Made by a program: the position numbers and the translations under genes | Shown: piece after piece, positions 9,781 to 19,908 of the stretch | Numbering within the stretch: the stretch's first letter is position 1 | Layout: each line of letters opens with the position of its first letter | Origin: Candidatus Sigynarchaeum calidifontis | Lineage (GTDB): Archaea; Asgardarchaeota; Lokiarchaeia; Sigyniarchaeales; Sigyniarchaeaceae | Length of the DNA: 64,000 nt | Direction: 5' to 3' | Assembly (NCBI GenBank): GCA_030587475.2 | Contig: JAUQYZ020000230.1 | Coordinates: 25,317-89,316 of the forward strand | Notes under the pieces: generated by a model | Told to the model about the DNA's origin: nothing | The model's input: only the letters and a program-made list of their open reading frames with translations | Database searches by the model: none

Positions 9781-11526
9781 TTACCGGGCGGGCGTTAGCC
9801 CGTGGTCCTTGAAGAAGAAGAGCTGGAACCGCGGGGCAGCCTTGCTTTCCGGCCGGGGCGGGTGCAAGATCAGCATGCGCGCCGGCAACACTGGCGAAAG
9901 CAATTCCTTTAAAGCGCGCGAACGCCCCATTTCATCCACCAACACGGGTTCCCCGCCTTCGTTCCGCACGATACCCGCGTGATCGACGTCCCCCGCGGTT
10001 AAAATGACGGGCACATCCATGAAATCCTCCAGGACATCGACGAGCGGGATGTCGATGGGCGTGGCGATGTTCGTCTGCACGGCGAACGTGGCGATGGCCA
10101 ACGATCCACATTCATCGACGAAGATCCGCCCGGCGACTTGCTGCTCGGGTGGCAAGGCCAGCCGCGACCTCTGGAGGATGAGTGGCACGTGTTCCCCTGC
10201 TCCGGCCATCTTGCGAGCAAGCCGCCCTGCGAGATCCTTCCGGATACCCTCCAAGCTGGCATCATCGACGAGGTTGGTTCGCTCGTGCGGGTCCTTCTCC
10301 AGGTCGTAAAGGAATTCCTCAAGGTAGTACGTGCCGTGGGCGTTGAAGCCACCGTTCAAGCCAGGCGCAGAAACCGAGTACTTCCACTTGGCAGTGCGCA
10401 AGCATCGTCCCACCTGGCTCTCGCTGATTTGGGCGAACACGTCGTCGGGCCAGTCCTCGCCTTTACCGGTCACGAGCTCCTGCAGTGGCCGCCCGCGCAT
10501 GTAGGACGGGGGCGTGATGCCCGCCGCGACCAAGATCGTCGGCGGGAGATCGATCAAGCTCACGAGCTGGCGGATTTTTACCCCGCCCGCGAAACCCGGC
10601 CCCCTGATGATGAGCGGGACACGCAAGCACGCGTCATGGCACGAGCGCTTGTACTCGTCATTCCGCGTCCGGAAGTGGCTCCCGTGATCGCTCGTGTAGA
10701 TGATGAGCGTATTGTCTAGCATCCCTCTGGCCGAGAGCACGTCGCGTATCCGCTTGAAATTGGCGTCGATACTCCAGCAACAACCAAGATAGTCGGGATA
10801 GTTCTCCTGCCAATCACCCTTTGTCCCTTCGAGATCGCCAGGCACGATATAATCCCGAAACATCTCCTTGCTGCCTTTGGGCCCTTCGTAGCACCCATGA
10901 TCGTTCTGATGATGCGGCTCTATATACGAACAAAATAGAAAAAATGGCTTGCCTTTATCTCGCTTTTCCAAGCAATCAATGATGAAATCGGTTACCCCGT
11001 CGACCCGGTACTTGTCAAACGTCACTTTCTTCATGTCTCGATCGTACATGTACCCGCCACCATGGCCGTGCGACGTGGCTTCGAGCACGTCTGCGGCCAC
11101 CCAGAAGTCGACGTACCCGCCACGGCGTTCGGGCGGGATGGGCTTCGTGCGAAAGTCGATGTCTGGCTCTAGGTCATAGTCCGCGGCCCGGTTATGCGTG
11201 GACGCGAGGTGCCACTTCCCGACGTAGCACGTCTCGTATCCGCTTCGGGAGAGCAGCGTCGCGATGGTCTCGGAGCCCGGTTGGAGGGCGATGCCATTCC
11301 TGAAGCACCGAGTCTCCGTGGCATATTTCCCCGTCTGGAGGCACGACCTCGCGGGGCCACAAACGGGCTGCGGCGTGAAAGCATTTTCGAACAAGACGCC
11401 TTCACGAGCGAGAGCATCGAGGTTCGGGGTTACGGGTAGTGATTGCCCATAGCAACCCATCGTGTCGGCACGCTGCTGGTCCGAAAGAATGAAAATGATG
11501 TTGGGTCGATCGTTTCTTGCCGTCAT
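9781..11526 (-). CDS. Sulfatase (formylglycine-dependent, Cys type) with C-terminal extension
   Basis: PNIIFILSDQQR, CGPAR..LQTG, GKWHL, SDHG and LYDLEKDPHE. Confidence 0.92.
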   Translation of the reverse strand: MTARNDRPNIIFILSDQQRADTMGCYGQSLPVTPNLDALAREGVLFENAFTPQPVCGPARSCLQTGKYATETRCFRNGIALQPGSETIATLLSRSGYETCYVGKWHLASTHNRAADYDLEPDIDFRTKPIPPERRGGYVDFWVAADVLEATSHGHGGGYMYDRDMKKVTFDKYRVDGVTDFIIDCLEKRDKGKPFFLFCSYIEPHHQNDHGCYEGPKGSKEMFRDYIVPGDLEGTKGDWQENYPDYLGCCWSIDANFKRIRDVLSARGMLDNTLIIYTSDHGSHFRTRNDEYKRSCHDACLRVPLIIRGPGFAGGVKIRQLVSLIDLPPTILVAAGITPPSYMRGRPLQELVTGKGEDWPDDVFAQISESQVGRCLRTAKWKYSVSAPGLNGGFNAHGTYYLEEFLYDLEKDPHERTNLVDDASLEGIRKDLAGRLARKMAGAGEHVPLILQRSRLALPPEQQVAGRIFVDECGSLAIATFAVQTNIATPIDIPLVDVLEDFMDVPVILTAGDVDHAGIVRNEGGEPVLVDEMGRSRALKELLSPVLPARMLILHPPRPESKAAPRFQLFFFKDHGLTPAR

Positions 11527-11545
11527 GGCCGTATCCTTTCCGCTG

Positions 11546-13618
11546 TCATGCGTCCTTCAAGGACGCGAACGTGGTCGCGAATTTGGATCCTTGCCGGTAA
11601 AAAACCGGCGGCTCGCCGTGCGGCGCCGGCACCTCGATCCAGCCCCCGCTATACTCCTTGCCAGACCAGAGATGGATCCACTTGTCACTTGGCAGGTAAA
11701 GTTTCCGCTTCGTCGTTTTTTTCGTGTAGACGGGCGCGACGAGCAAGTCACGGCCGAGCAAGTACTGGTACTGCAAGGACCGGGGTTTCCTGGCGTGGAA
11801 GGTCGGGTCGTCCTCGTAATGCAAGTAACAGTGGCGGATGATGGGCAGCCCCGTGTCGACGTATTCCTGGATGGCTTGTTTCAAGTACGGCGCGAGCTTG
11901 GCATGGATTCTCGAGAACTTTGCGAAATGTCGGAGTGTTTCCTCGTCTGTATCGAGCGTCCAGCCAGACGTTCCCTTGGCATCGTGCGTTCGCATGATGG
12001 GGGTGAATGCAGCATGCTCGGTCCCCCGCATGAACAAATCCTTCGTTCGTTTCATCCAAGGCATGCGAAACTCGCCGGCGATGTCACAATGCGTCTGCCC
12101 GACGCCAATGAATCCCATCGAAATGCATGAGCAAATCGCCGCGGCTAGTCCCATGTCGAGGGCGAATGTCATTATCTGATCCCCGCTCCAGATAAGTGGC
12201 GAGTACCGTGTCGTCCCGGCGTTCCCTGAACGGGAGAAGAACACGATAGCATCTTCGCCCTTGTCCCGCCCTGCCTCGGAGACCGCTTCAGCGTTGATCT
12301 TCGCCCAAAGAACCGGATACTCGTTGTGGTGGAGAAGCGGATCCTGCTTGGAATGCACGACCGCATCGACGGGCAAGTACTCGGCAAAGTCGCACATCCA
12401 GCCATCGAGCCCGATCCCAATCATGTGTTCCTTGATGATGCACTTGAACCAGTCCCACGCGGCGGGGTTCGTGAGATCGAGCATGGGCGCGCTGAACGAG
12501 TACATGCGCAGCATGTAGGGTTCCCCGGCTGCATTTTTGACGAGGAAACCGCGATCGCGTGCTTGCTCGTAGAGGTCGCCGTCCGTCATGAGGAAGCAGT
12601 TGTTGTAGCCGAGGAAACGGATCCCGTCGGTGTGCAGTTGCTTGATGTATGCTGGCAACTCGGGATACCGCTCGTGGCTATACTTCCAGTTCCAGAAGAG
12701 GCGGGTCTGTGCCTTGAAGAGGCGCAAGCCGGTCCAGTCCTCGGCCCAGACCGCCGCTATCTTCACTTTGCCGCGCCGCGCGCGGTCGATCTTGGCGATA
12801 ACGCTGTTTGGATCGCTTTTATCGAGGCCTCCCACGATGCCAAGCCATGCCCCATCCAGTGCCCAGCCCGGGAGCGGACGCTGGCGGCCGAGATAGCTCG
12901 TGAGCGAGGCTAGCACCGCCGGGGCGGTGCCTTGCACGTCAATAATGATTTTCTTCGGTATCTCGTTCACGTGGAGCGAATGCCACGAGGCGTTCCGAAA
13001 GTCGAAATCGGCGAAAGCGTATGACTCCACGTGCACGAAATAATTGCGAGACGAGACGAACGTTGGTTGCGGGTAATACGTCGTCCACCACTCGCCGCCC
13101 GCGCCGACGGCGAGGTCTGCAAGGTATTTAAAGAGCGAGCGGTTCTTGACGATGCCCGGCTCTTGCGTCCAAAGCGGCACGTGCCGGCCTCGCAAGTTCA
13201 AGAACGAGAACTGTTCCCCGCAGCCATAAACCGCCTCGGAAGGATCCGCCTTGATGTTGATCGTGAAGTGGTTATATACAGCAGCTCTCTCCCTCGCCCC
13301 ATCGACGATCTCGGGGGCCAGTTCTAGCCGGCCGCCCACGACGCGGACACGCAACCGGAGCAAGCGGTCGAAATCGAGAGCGACGCCATCATCCAAGGGC
13401 ACCTTTTCGACGGCAACCAATGGCCTACGGCTCGAGACCTTGTTCTTGAGCTTGTAATACGAGACATAGCGTGGATTCATGCGAAAATCTGGATCAGCAC
13501 GTGCTAGTTCGATGCACGGGGCCTGTACCGTGTGTTCGAGCAAGATCTTACCCTTGAATGACAAGCGCATCTCGTTGGATGCGGGGTCAACGTCGATCGT
13601 CAATTCGGGGGTTGGCAT
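11546..13618 (-). CDS. GH31 alpha-glucosidase, sulfoquinovosidase (YihQ)-like
   Basis: YGCGEQFS, TYYPQPTFVS, WAEDW.G.R...RLFWNW, nucleophile GWMCDFAEYLP, acid/base WSGDQ, MRTH. Confidence 0.85.
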   Translation of the reverse strand: MPTPELTIDVDPASNEMRLSFKGKILLEHTVQAPCIELARADPDFRMNPRYVSYYKLKNKVSSRRPLVAVEKVPLDDGVALDFDRLLRLRVRVVGGRLELAPEIVDGARERAAVYNHFTINIKADPSEAVYGCGEQFSFLNLRGRHVPLWTQEPGIVKNRSLFKYLADLAVGAGGEWWTTYYPQPTFVSSRNYFVHVESYAFADFDFRNASWHSLHVNEIPKKIIIDVQGTAPAVLASLTSYLGRQRPLPGWALDGAWLGIVGGLDKSDPNSVIAKIDRARRGKVKIAAVWAEDWTGLRLFKAQTRLFWNWKYSHERYPELPAYIKQLHTDGIRFLGYNNCFLMTDGDLYEQARDRGFLVKNAAGEPYMLRMYSFSAPMLDLTNPAAWDWFKCIIKEHMIGIGLDGWMCDFAEYLPVDAVVHSKQDPLLHHNEYPVLWAKINAEAVSEAGRDKGEDAIVFFSRSGNAGTTRYSPLIWSGDQIMTFALDMGLAAAICSCISMGFIGVGQTHCDIAGEFRMPWMKRTKDLFMRGTEHAAFTPIMRTHDAKGTSGWTLDTDEETLRHFAKFSRIHAKLAPYLKQAIQEYVDTGLPIIRHCYLHYEDDPTFHARKPRSLQYQYLLGRDLLVAPVYTKKTTKRKLYLPSDKWIHLWSGKEYSGGWIEVPAPHGEPPVFYRQGSKFATTFASLKDA

Positions 13619-13715
13619 GGGTGGTCACGAGATGTTGAAATGCAATCGCTCGGGTAGTGTAATGTTTAATCATCCCGCGCCAAGTATAAATTCGATTCAC
13701 GCGGCATGACATTCC

Positions 13716-15191
13716 ATGGCCACCGACAAGCCGAACATCCTGGTCATCCACGCGGACCAGCACCGCTTTGATTGCCTTGGCGTCGCGGGAAACAAGGAGA
13801 TCAACACCCCGCACATCGACGCGCTCGCGCGGGACGGCGTGTTTCATTCTAATTGCTTCACCACGTTCCCGCTGTGCACGCCCGCGAGGTACTCGCTGCT
13901 GACTGGCTTGTACGCGCGCCAACATCTTGGCATGACCAACGAGACGACGCTGCCTTGCGGCATCGCGACGTTTCCCCGGATCCTCAAGCAAGGCGGTTAC
14001 AAGACCGCTTGCGTCGGGAAAATGCATTTCAAGCCGACCTATCTCGACGTGGGGTTCGACCGGATGGTACTGGCGGAGCAGGCAGGGCCAGGGCGGTACG
14101 ACGATGACTACCACAGGTGGCTGATGGATCGCGGGCTGGTCGACGCGACGGACATGCAAGACCAGGTCTTCGAGTGCCGCGCAAGGGCCCCGTCCTCCTA
14201 TCGCGAGAATTTCGGTTCGGAACCCTCCGCCCTTGGCAACGAGAACTACAGCACGACGTGGATCCGTGACCGCGCGATAGACGTGATGGACAGCTGGAGC
14301 GGCGGTGGCAACTTGCTCATGGTCGGGTTCATCAAGCCCCATCATCCCTTCGACGTACCGCCCCCGTGGAGCGACATGTACGATCCTGCAAAGCTGTCCT
14401 TGCTCCCGGGCTGGATTGACGCCCCTCTTCCCCGCGACACGCGATTCTCCCCTGGTTATTTCGACAACAAGGCGCTCGATCCCACCAAGCTCAGACGCGT
14501 GATGGCGCAATACTACGCATCGATTTCCCAGATCGACGCGTGCGTCGGGGACATGGTCTCGATGCTCAAGGACAAGGGATTGTACGAGAACTCGCTGATC
14601 ATGTACACGAGCGACCACGGCGAGTTCATGGGTTTTCACCACATGCTCTTGAAGGGAAATTACATGTACGACCCTCTCGTGCGGGTGCCGCTCGTCGTGA
14701 AATATCCCGGGCGAGCGCACGCGGGAAAAGTCCATGATGGCCTCGTGAGCATCATCGACACGACCGCGACGATAGTCGATGTGGCGGGGTGCATCCTCCC
14801 CCGGAACGTGTGGGGGCAGCTGCAACCGCTCGAGGACTCGGATCGCGACGTCGTCTTTGCCGAGGATGCCGCCGGCAATTACATGGTTCGGTCCCGGCAG
14901 CGAAAATTGCTCCTGTGCAAGAACGTGGAATCGCAATTCTTCGATTTGGAGCGAGATCCAGCCGAGTTGAACAATTTAATAACGGATCCCCGTTATCACA
15001 ATGACGTGATGGCAATGAAGGAGGTGCTACACGCGTGGCTCGCTTTCGAGGCACGGCCGGTTCCACACGAGGACGACGGCGCCCGCGAGATCGCCGGGCC
15101 GAACGTCCAAACGGGTGCAGCTCGGGCCGGATCCCGCGATCGAGTGAAAAAATGGCTCCACGGCCAGATGGATCTATGGAAGGAGTGCTGA
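13716..15191 (+). CDS. Sulfatase (formylglycine-dependent, Cys type)
   Basis: PNILVIHADQHR, CTPARYSLLTG, GKMH, KPHHPF and SDHG. Divergent from the GH31 gene. Confidence 0.93.
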   Translation: MATDKPNILVIHADQHRFDCLGVAGNKEINTPHIDALARDGVFHSNCFTTFPLCTPARYSLLTGLYARQHLGMTNETTLPCGIATFPRILKQGGYKTACVGKMHFKPTYLDVGFDRMVLAEQAGPGRYDDDYHRWLMDRGLVDATDMQDQVFECRARAPSSYRENFGSEPSALGNENYSTTWIRDRAIDVMDSWSGGGNLLMVGFIKPHHPFDVPPPWSDMYDPAKLSLLPGWIDAPLPRDTRFSPGYFDNKALDPTKLRRVMAQYYASISQIDACVGDMVSMLKDKGLYENSLIMYTSDHGEFMGFHHMLLKGNYMYDPLVRVPLVVKYPGRAHAGKVHDGLVSIIDTTATIVDVAGCILPRNVWGQLQPLEDSDRDVVFAEDAAGNYMVRSRQRKLLLCKNVESQFFDLERDPAELNNLITDPRYHNDVMAMKEVLHAWLAFEARPVPHEDDGAREIAGPNVQTGAARAGSRDRVKKWLHGQMDLWKEC

Positions 15192-15196
15192 ATGCC

Positions 15197-15646
15197 ATGG
15201 TCGCCGTCGTCATCCTCGATTCCAGCTTTTTGTACGTGCCGTTGCAGTTCAAGGTCGACATCTACGAGGCAATCCCGCGATTGCTGGAGCAAGCGACCGA
15301 GCTCGTGCTCTTATCGGGCGTGAAGGATGAGATCGTCGAGAAAAACAAGCGAAGTATTGGCAAGCTCGTGTCCAAGCAAGGCGTGGGGGTGTTGCAGCTG
15401 GTGTCGATGAAGATCGATCAAGGCCACGTCTCGTTCGTGAAGATCGATCGCCGGCCAGACGAGCAAGTCGATGATTATATCATTCGGGTTGCAAGACGGA
15501 TTAAAGATGCGGGAAAGCTCGATGACGGCAAGCCGGTCTCTCGGATCGCCGTCGCAACGAACGACAAGGGCTTGAAAAAGAAATGCAAGGCCGACGGGTT
15601 CGAGGTCGTTCACTTGCGGCAGAAGCGGTTCGTGGCGTTCTTGTAA
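15197..15646 (+). CDS. PIN-domain protein (Fcf1/Utp24-like)
   Basis: VILDSSFL, E, VDD, VATNDKGL and HLRQK. Start moved to the ATG at 15197, just after the sulfatase stop. Confidence 0.8.
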   Translation: MVAVVILDSSFLYVPLQFKVDIYEAIPRLLEQATELVLLSGVKDEIVEKNKRSIGKLVSKQGVGVLQLVSMKIDQGHVSFVKIDRRPDEQVDDYIIRVARRIKDAGKLDDGKPVSRIAVATNDKGLKKKCKADGFEVVHLRQKRFVAFL

Positions 15647-15731
15647 TTAAGACTCGGAGCAATTAGAACCAAATTTACATGTTTTACCTGGCATTTTATC
15701 ATGATTGCAGAGATGTGACCGCGTTCGCTAT

Positions 15732-16598
15732 CTATTCTTCCCTTTTGACCCGTTCCACGACCTTTCCCGCCGACATGTCCTTCCAATCCCTGCCAAGAAG
15801 CCACGCGCCGACGAAAAAATAGAAAAGTGCCAAGACCTTGTCAATGCTCGCCCCGTTATACAGGAGCGGCACCGCCACGATGATGAAAAAAATGCCGATA
15901 GCTGCTTCGTGGACGTGCAAAATCCGACCGCGTATCTTGATCTCGAACCTGAAAAGCTCCACGTTTATCTCGCCTGCAAACCCTGCCAGGATGAATCCAA
16001 CCGATATCGCCGCGCCCACGAGGCCATACATGGCGAACAAGTGGAGCTGCACGTGCATTACGAAATAAAAGAATCCGTACGTGCCGAGGCAAGCAATGGC
16101 CATGCCGAAAAAAAAGAACTTTGCCTTCTTGCCCTTCAACGTGCGGACGGGCATGTACTCCTCATCGACGAGCTTGGCTTGTTCCTCAGTGAGGCCGAAC
16201 TCGATTATGCGCCGCTTCCGTTCCTCGATGAGGCGCGTTATCTCCGCGGCCCTGCCCTTTCCCTCGCTGCTGATGCCGATCAAGAGGAAGCTGCCGAGAC
16301 TCACCATGGAGATGCACCACGAGAGGATTTCTTTCAGATCTGCAAGATCGGGATCGAGAAACGCTCCAGCGGCAATGAAGAAGCTGTAGCCGAACGAGAC
16401 GATCATCGAGCACGTGAGGATCCACAACCCGAGGATACGCAAGAATCGCAGGATGGTAAGGGGTTGGCCTTTCTTCGGGCGATTTTGCTCGCTGAGCAAG
16501 TTGATCTCGTCGGGAAGGGCACCTTTGCCATTTCTCCTTTCCTTTTTTCTCGTAGCGCTATGGAGATCCAGTCGTGCCCCAGCTTCTGCATCGGCCAT
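15732..16598 (-). CDS. Multi-TM membrane protein with HVHE and GRDWKD motifs (paralog A)
   Basis: About six TM segments; shares motifs with 18392-19180. Start uncertain. Confidence 0.75.
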   Translation of the reverse strand: MADAEAGARLDLHSATRKKERRNGKGALPDEINLLSEQNRPKKGQPLTILRFLRILGLWILTCSMIVSFGYSFFIAAGAFLDPDLADLKEILSWCISMVSLGSFLLIGISSEGKGRAAEITRLIEERKRRIIEFGLTEEQAKLVDEEYMPVRTLKGKKAKFFFFGMAIACLGTYGFFYFVMHVQLHLFAMYGLVGAAISVGFILAGFAGEINVELFRFEIKIRGRILHVHEAAIGIFFIIVAVPLLYNGASIDKVLALFYFFVGAWLLGRDWKDMSAGKVVERVKREE

Positions 16599-16774
16599 TC
16601 GGGGTACCTCAAGCTCACAGTGCAAATATGATAGCGCGGCTCTATAGTCATCGTGCGCGTGGTTTTAAAGGATTTTTCTCCCCCGATCCGATTCGCAAAC
16701 GTTGGATCGAGGTCCGGGGACAATAGACGGCTCCTAAATGAAAATAACAGAGGTGAAAACGGTAAAAAATCGGA

Positions 16775-17017
16775 TCATTTACTAATGTCGTGGAAAAACT
16801 TGCAGCGCGTGCATTGCATGACCATCTTCGGCCCTTCCGGTGCAATGACCCTGCGCTTCACCATTTTACCAAGACATTTTTCGCAAGTCGTGTTCCAATC
16901 TATTTCCACTGATTCCGCGGTCATCATGGCTTCAGTCAATTCATTGGTTGGTATGCAATTCTCAGCGTTTTGCTGCACGGGCGGAATTCGGGCTATGGTT
17001 TTTTTGCTCAAATTCAT
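16775..17017 (-). CDS. Small zinc-ribbon protein
   Basis: CEKC...CTRC motif; TATA-like sequence upstream at about 17050. Confidence 0.6.
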   Translation of the reverse strand: MNLSKKTIARIPPVQQNAENCIPTNELTEAMMTAESVEIDWNTTCEKCLGKMVKRRVIAPEGPKMVMQCTRCKFFHDISK

Positions 17018-17657
17018 GTCTAGCCTTATTTTGTCAATATAATCGCATCATAATATATATGTCGGTTATCGTGACATAGACACACAATTATTCTCATCAT
17101 TCCAGACACGTTCTCGGAATTAGATGACATCCGCCTACTTTTTTTATAACGATATCATTCCCGTGTCCCCACCATCCGACAAAAATCGACTCGCCGCACG
17201 CTAAAGCAAGAATCTTGATCTCGGGATGCAAAAATCAATTTTCGGCTTCATAAAACTCGTGAAAACCTTTAATTATGAATACGCGTGTTTCTATTTGATA
17301 TGATAACCGTGAAGCCAATTAATGTTAACATTCATCTGTTCTTGACAAAAAATGATGATGTATTTCTTGTCATACAGCAGGATCTTGAAGTTTAGCAAGA
17401 CCCCTTCGTGTTCTAACACGCGAATGAGCTATGCCAACTTTGTCGGCCATTCGTTTTCAAAATCCTTGCAGAACCGAGAGCGCGAACAAGTGATAATAGA
17501 CTTCACGAGTACCTGGTAGCGAATCGGATACCAGATGCGAGTCAAATAGAAAGATGGAAATTGACGATTCACCGTTGGAGTCTTCCTTTGATCTGGCGAA
17601 AAGACATCGATTTCACATGAAGGTCGATCAATATAATGTGATTAGATACACGTCGAC

Positions 17658-18281
17658 TCATATCTGCTCCCGATAAACCACGGGGCTGCTCTCCTTGCCG
17701 TGGAGCCACCTGTTGAAGTACGCCAAGATCCTTTCCAGCTTTAACACGCCCCCGAACCAGGTCAGTTTCGTCGACCGGTTATTCTTGTCCAGCGCGTAGA
17801 TGCCGGTCTCGTTGTAGTTCGGCCCGTCCGAATTGTACACCTCCTCTGACTTGTTCTCGAGCCGGGTCACATCCGCGAGTCCCACCGTCACTCTCGGCTT
17901 GCGTTCGCGGTTTTTAAACCGTTCTTGAACTTCAATCGTTCCCTTGGCCTTGTCCGCGATAATATGCGTATGTAAATTCTTCTTGACGAGGTAAAACACG
18001 AGGTAGAATCCCCCGACGAAGAGCGCCACCACCGCCAGGACGACCGGCGCGCCTGCGGCGCTCGATGGTTCCCCGGATTCACCACCGCCAGGGATGGTGA
18101 TTCCCGCCCGATCAAGCAAGAAAGCAACCAACATGAGGGCACCACCAATGGCGAACAAGCCCTTTACCATCCGCATCACGCCTCGAACCACGTTCTCGTC
18201 CAAGATGGTTTCGGCCTTGATCGTCGCGAGATCGGGCCCCGCGATCTCCAGCACGAGCCATTCCTCCTTGATATAGTCCAT
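17658..18281 (-). CDS. Hypothetical two-TM membrane protein
   Basis: Two hydrophobic helices followed by a soluble beta-rich domain. Start uncertain (18281 or 18302). Confidence 0.65.
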   Translation of the reverse strand: MDYIKEEWLVLEIAGPDLATIKAETILDENVVRGVMRMVKGLFAIGGALMLVAFLLDRAGITIPGGGESGEPSSAAGAPVVLAVVALFVGGFYLVFYLVKKNLHTHIIADKAKGTIEVQERFKNRERKPRVTVGLADVTRLENKSEEVYNSDGPNYNETGIYALDKNNRSTKLTWFGGVLKLERILAYFNRWLHGKESSPVVYREQI

Positions 18282-18391
18282 CTTGATTATTTTCCCAAGC
18301 ATTTCGTTTATGGAGCGTGATCGACCTCGCGAGTTGGCAATCACCTTTCGATGCAAGATAATCAGACAAGCGCTTCTCAAAAAAAGCACGA

Positions 18392-19180
18392 TCACGTGAT
18401 GATGGATCCCCGCTTCGACTTGAGCCGTATGTAGTCGTCATAATCCGGCTCACGCGATTTGTGGACGAGGATGTTACCTTGCACGACGTCCTTCCAGTCT
18501 CTCCCGACGAGGAAAATGCCCGCGACGATAAAAGCCATGCCAATACAAAATTGAAGCCCATACATCCCGCCCGCGAGCATCGGGGTACCGATGCACGTAA
18601 AATAAAGCCCGATAACGCTCTCGTGCACGTGGTACCCAGCAATATATAGTCGCCAAACGTCCTCGTTCACGTTACCCACGACGAGCGCGACGAGGAATCC
18701 AACGGCCACGGCACCAAAAGCGATCGAGTACTGGTAAAAACCCTTGAAGATGATAGCGATCCAACTTTCAGGGGAGAAATCCCAGAGCACGTACATGACA
18801 ATGGTCGCGGTGAAGAAAGCCAACGCAACGCCGAAGAACTTGAAGGTCGCCTTGCCATTCCCGCCACCGCTCGCCGCTTCCGGCTCGGCGTATTGCTTCT
18901 GCTGCTCGTAGAACGCGGCGCTCTCTCCAAGCTTCGCCGCGTCGACCGGGGGTTTCTTGACCTTCCGTTGCAACATCGCGCCGACAAACATGAGCGCGAA
19001 GCCAAGCGCCATGATGATGGCAAGGACGGCAAATACTGGCTGCTTGAAGGCGGCCGCGCCGAGCAAATGGAACAGGTCGAATGCCGAGAAGATCGACCAC
19101 GCGAGCTGGGCGAACGTATTCCCGAAGAAAGTACACAAGCCAGCGAGGCGAAATTTCCGCAAGAAAGCATTTGGGTCCAT
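18392..19180 (-). CDS. Multi-TM membrane protein with HVHE and GRDWKD motifs (paralog B)
   Basis: Start set at MDPNA because the longer ORF runs into the tRNA. YHVHES and GRDWKD motifs. Confidence 0.75.
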   Translation of the reverse strand: MDPNAFLRKFRLAGLCTFFGNTFAQLAWSIFSAFDLFHLLGAAAFKQPVFAVLAIIMALGFALMFVGAMLQRKVKKPPVDAAKLGESAAFYEQQKQYAEPEAASGGGNGKATFKFFGVALAFFTATIVMYVLWDFSPESWIAIIFKGFYQYSIAFGAVAVGFLVALVVGNVNEDVWRLYIAGYHVHESVIGLYFTCIGTPMLAGGMYGLQFCIGMAFIVAGIFLVGRDWKDVVQGNILVHKSREPDYDDYIRLKSKRGSIIT

Positions 19181-19278
19181 GCGAGACGGATCGACGCCGT
19201 GGCATAAAAACCGGATTGCAACGACAAAAGCCCCTGTCGAGGCGCGGCACCATTCAAGGTGGAAGGAAGAGAAAGAAG

Positions 19279-19392
19279 CGCGGAGGGAGGGGTTCGAACC
19301 CTCGCAGGATGTGGATTTTTGCGAGAAAGCCTCGCAGAACATTCTCCCACGGACTTAGCAGGCCCGCATCGTAACCACTTGATTACCTCCGC
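19279..19392 (-). tRNA. tRNA-Ser(GCT) with a 46-nt variable region (insertion or non-canonical intron)
   Basis: Acceptor GCGGAGG/CCTCCGC, discriminator G, D-loop AGTGG, anticodon arm CGGGC-CTGCTAA-GTCCG, T-arm GAGGG-TTCGAAC-CCCTC. 114 nt, CCA not encoded. Confidence 0.9.
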
Positions 19393-19908
19393 GCAAGTGG
19401 AAACATGGCTCTTGATGCATTTGCTAGCATCGACATATCATAAGCATGTATGCCGCGAGATCGTTCTTTGCCTTGATCCTTAGAAACGCGACAATCAAAA
19501 AAAGATTTTTCATCGTTAATTTTAAGTTAAAGGTAAAGATCGCCATCGAATAGCGATAAAATCAAATCACGTATATCCTTTCGAGTCCTTTCGCTGTCAA
19601 TTGATTTTTCGCAACGATGGTTAGTTTCCCGTCAATGTATTTGGTTTCGATGCACTTTGCATGGCTACTGCAGTCTTTCGCTGAGTCCGGGATATGCCCT
19701 CGACAGACCCGCAAGACATCGGGTGATATTTCATCAATCAAGATGATCCGCCCATCGTCTCCCTTGATGCGTCAAGGGCGCATCAACGCATCATTTTACG
19801 CCGAATGGCCACATCCGAGTTTTCGTGGCGCACCAGATAATCCAAAAAGATTTTTCATGGCGGTGCTGTCATTGCTTGTTTTTGATTCACTCGTCGAGTG
19901 CAAGAGCT

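Noticed and set aside
19279-19620. tRNA as an integration site for an island
   Set aside because: No integrase and no duplicated tRNA 3' end were seen in the window.
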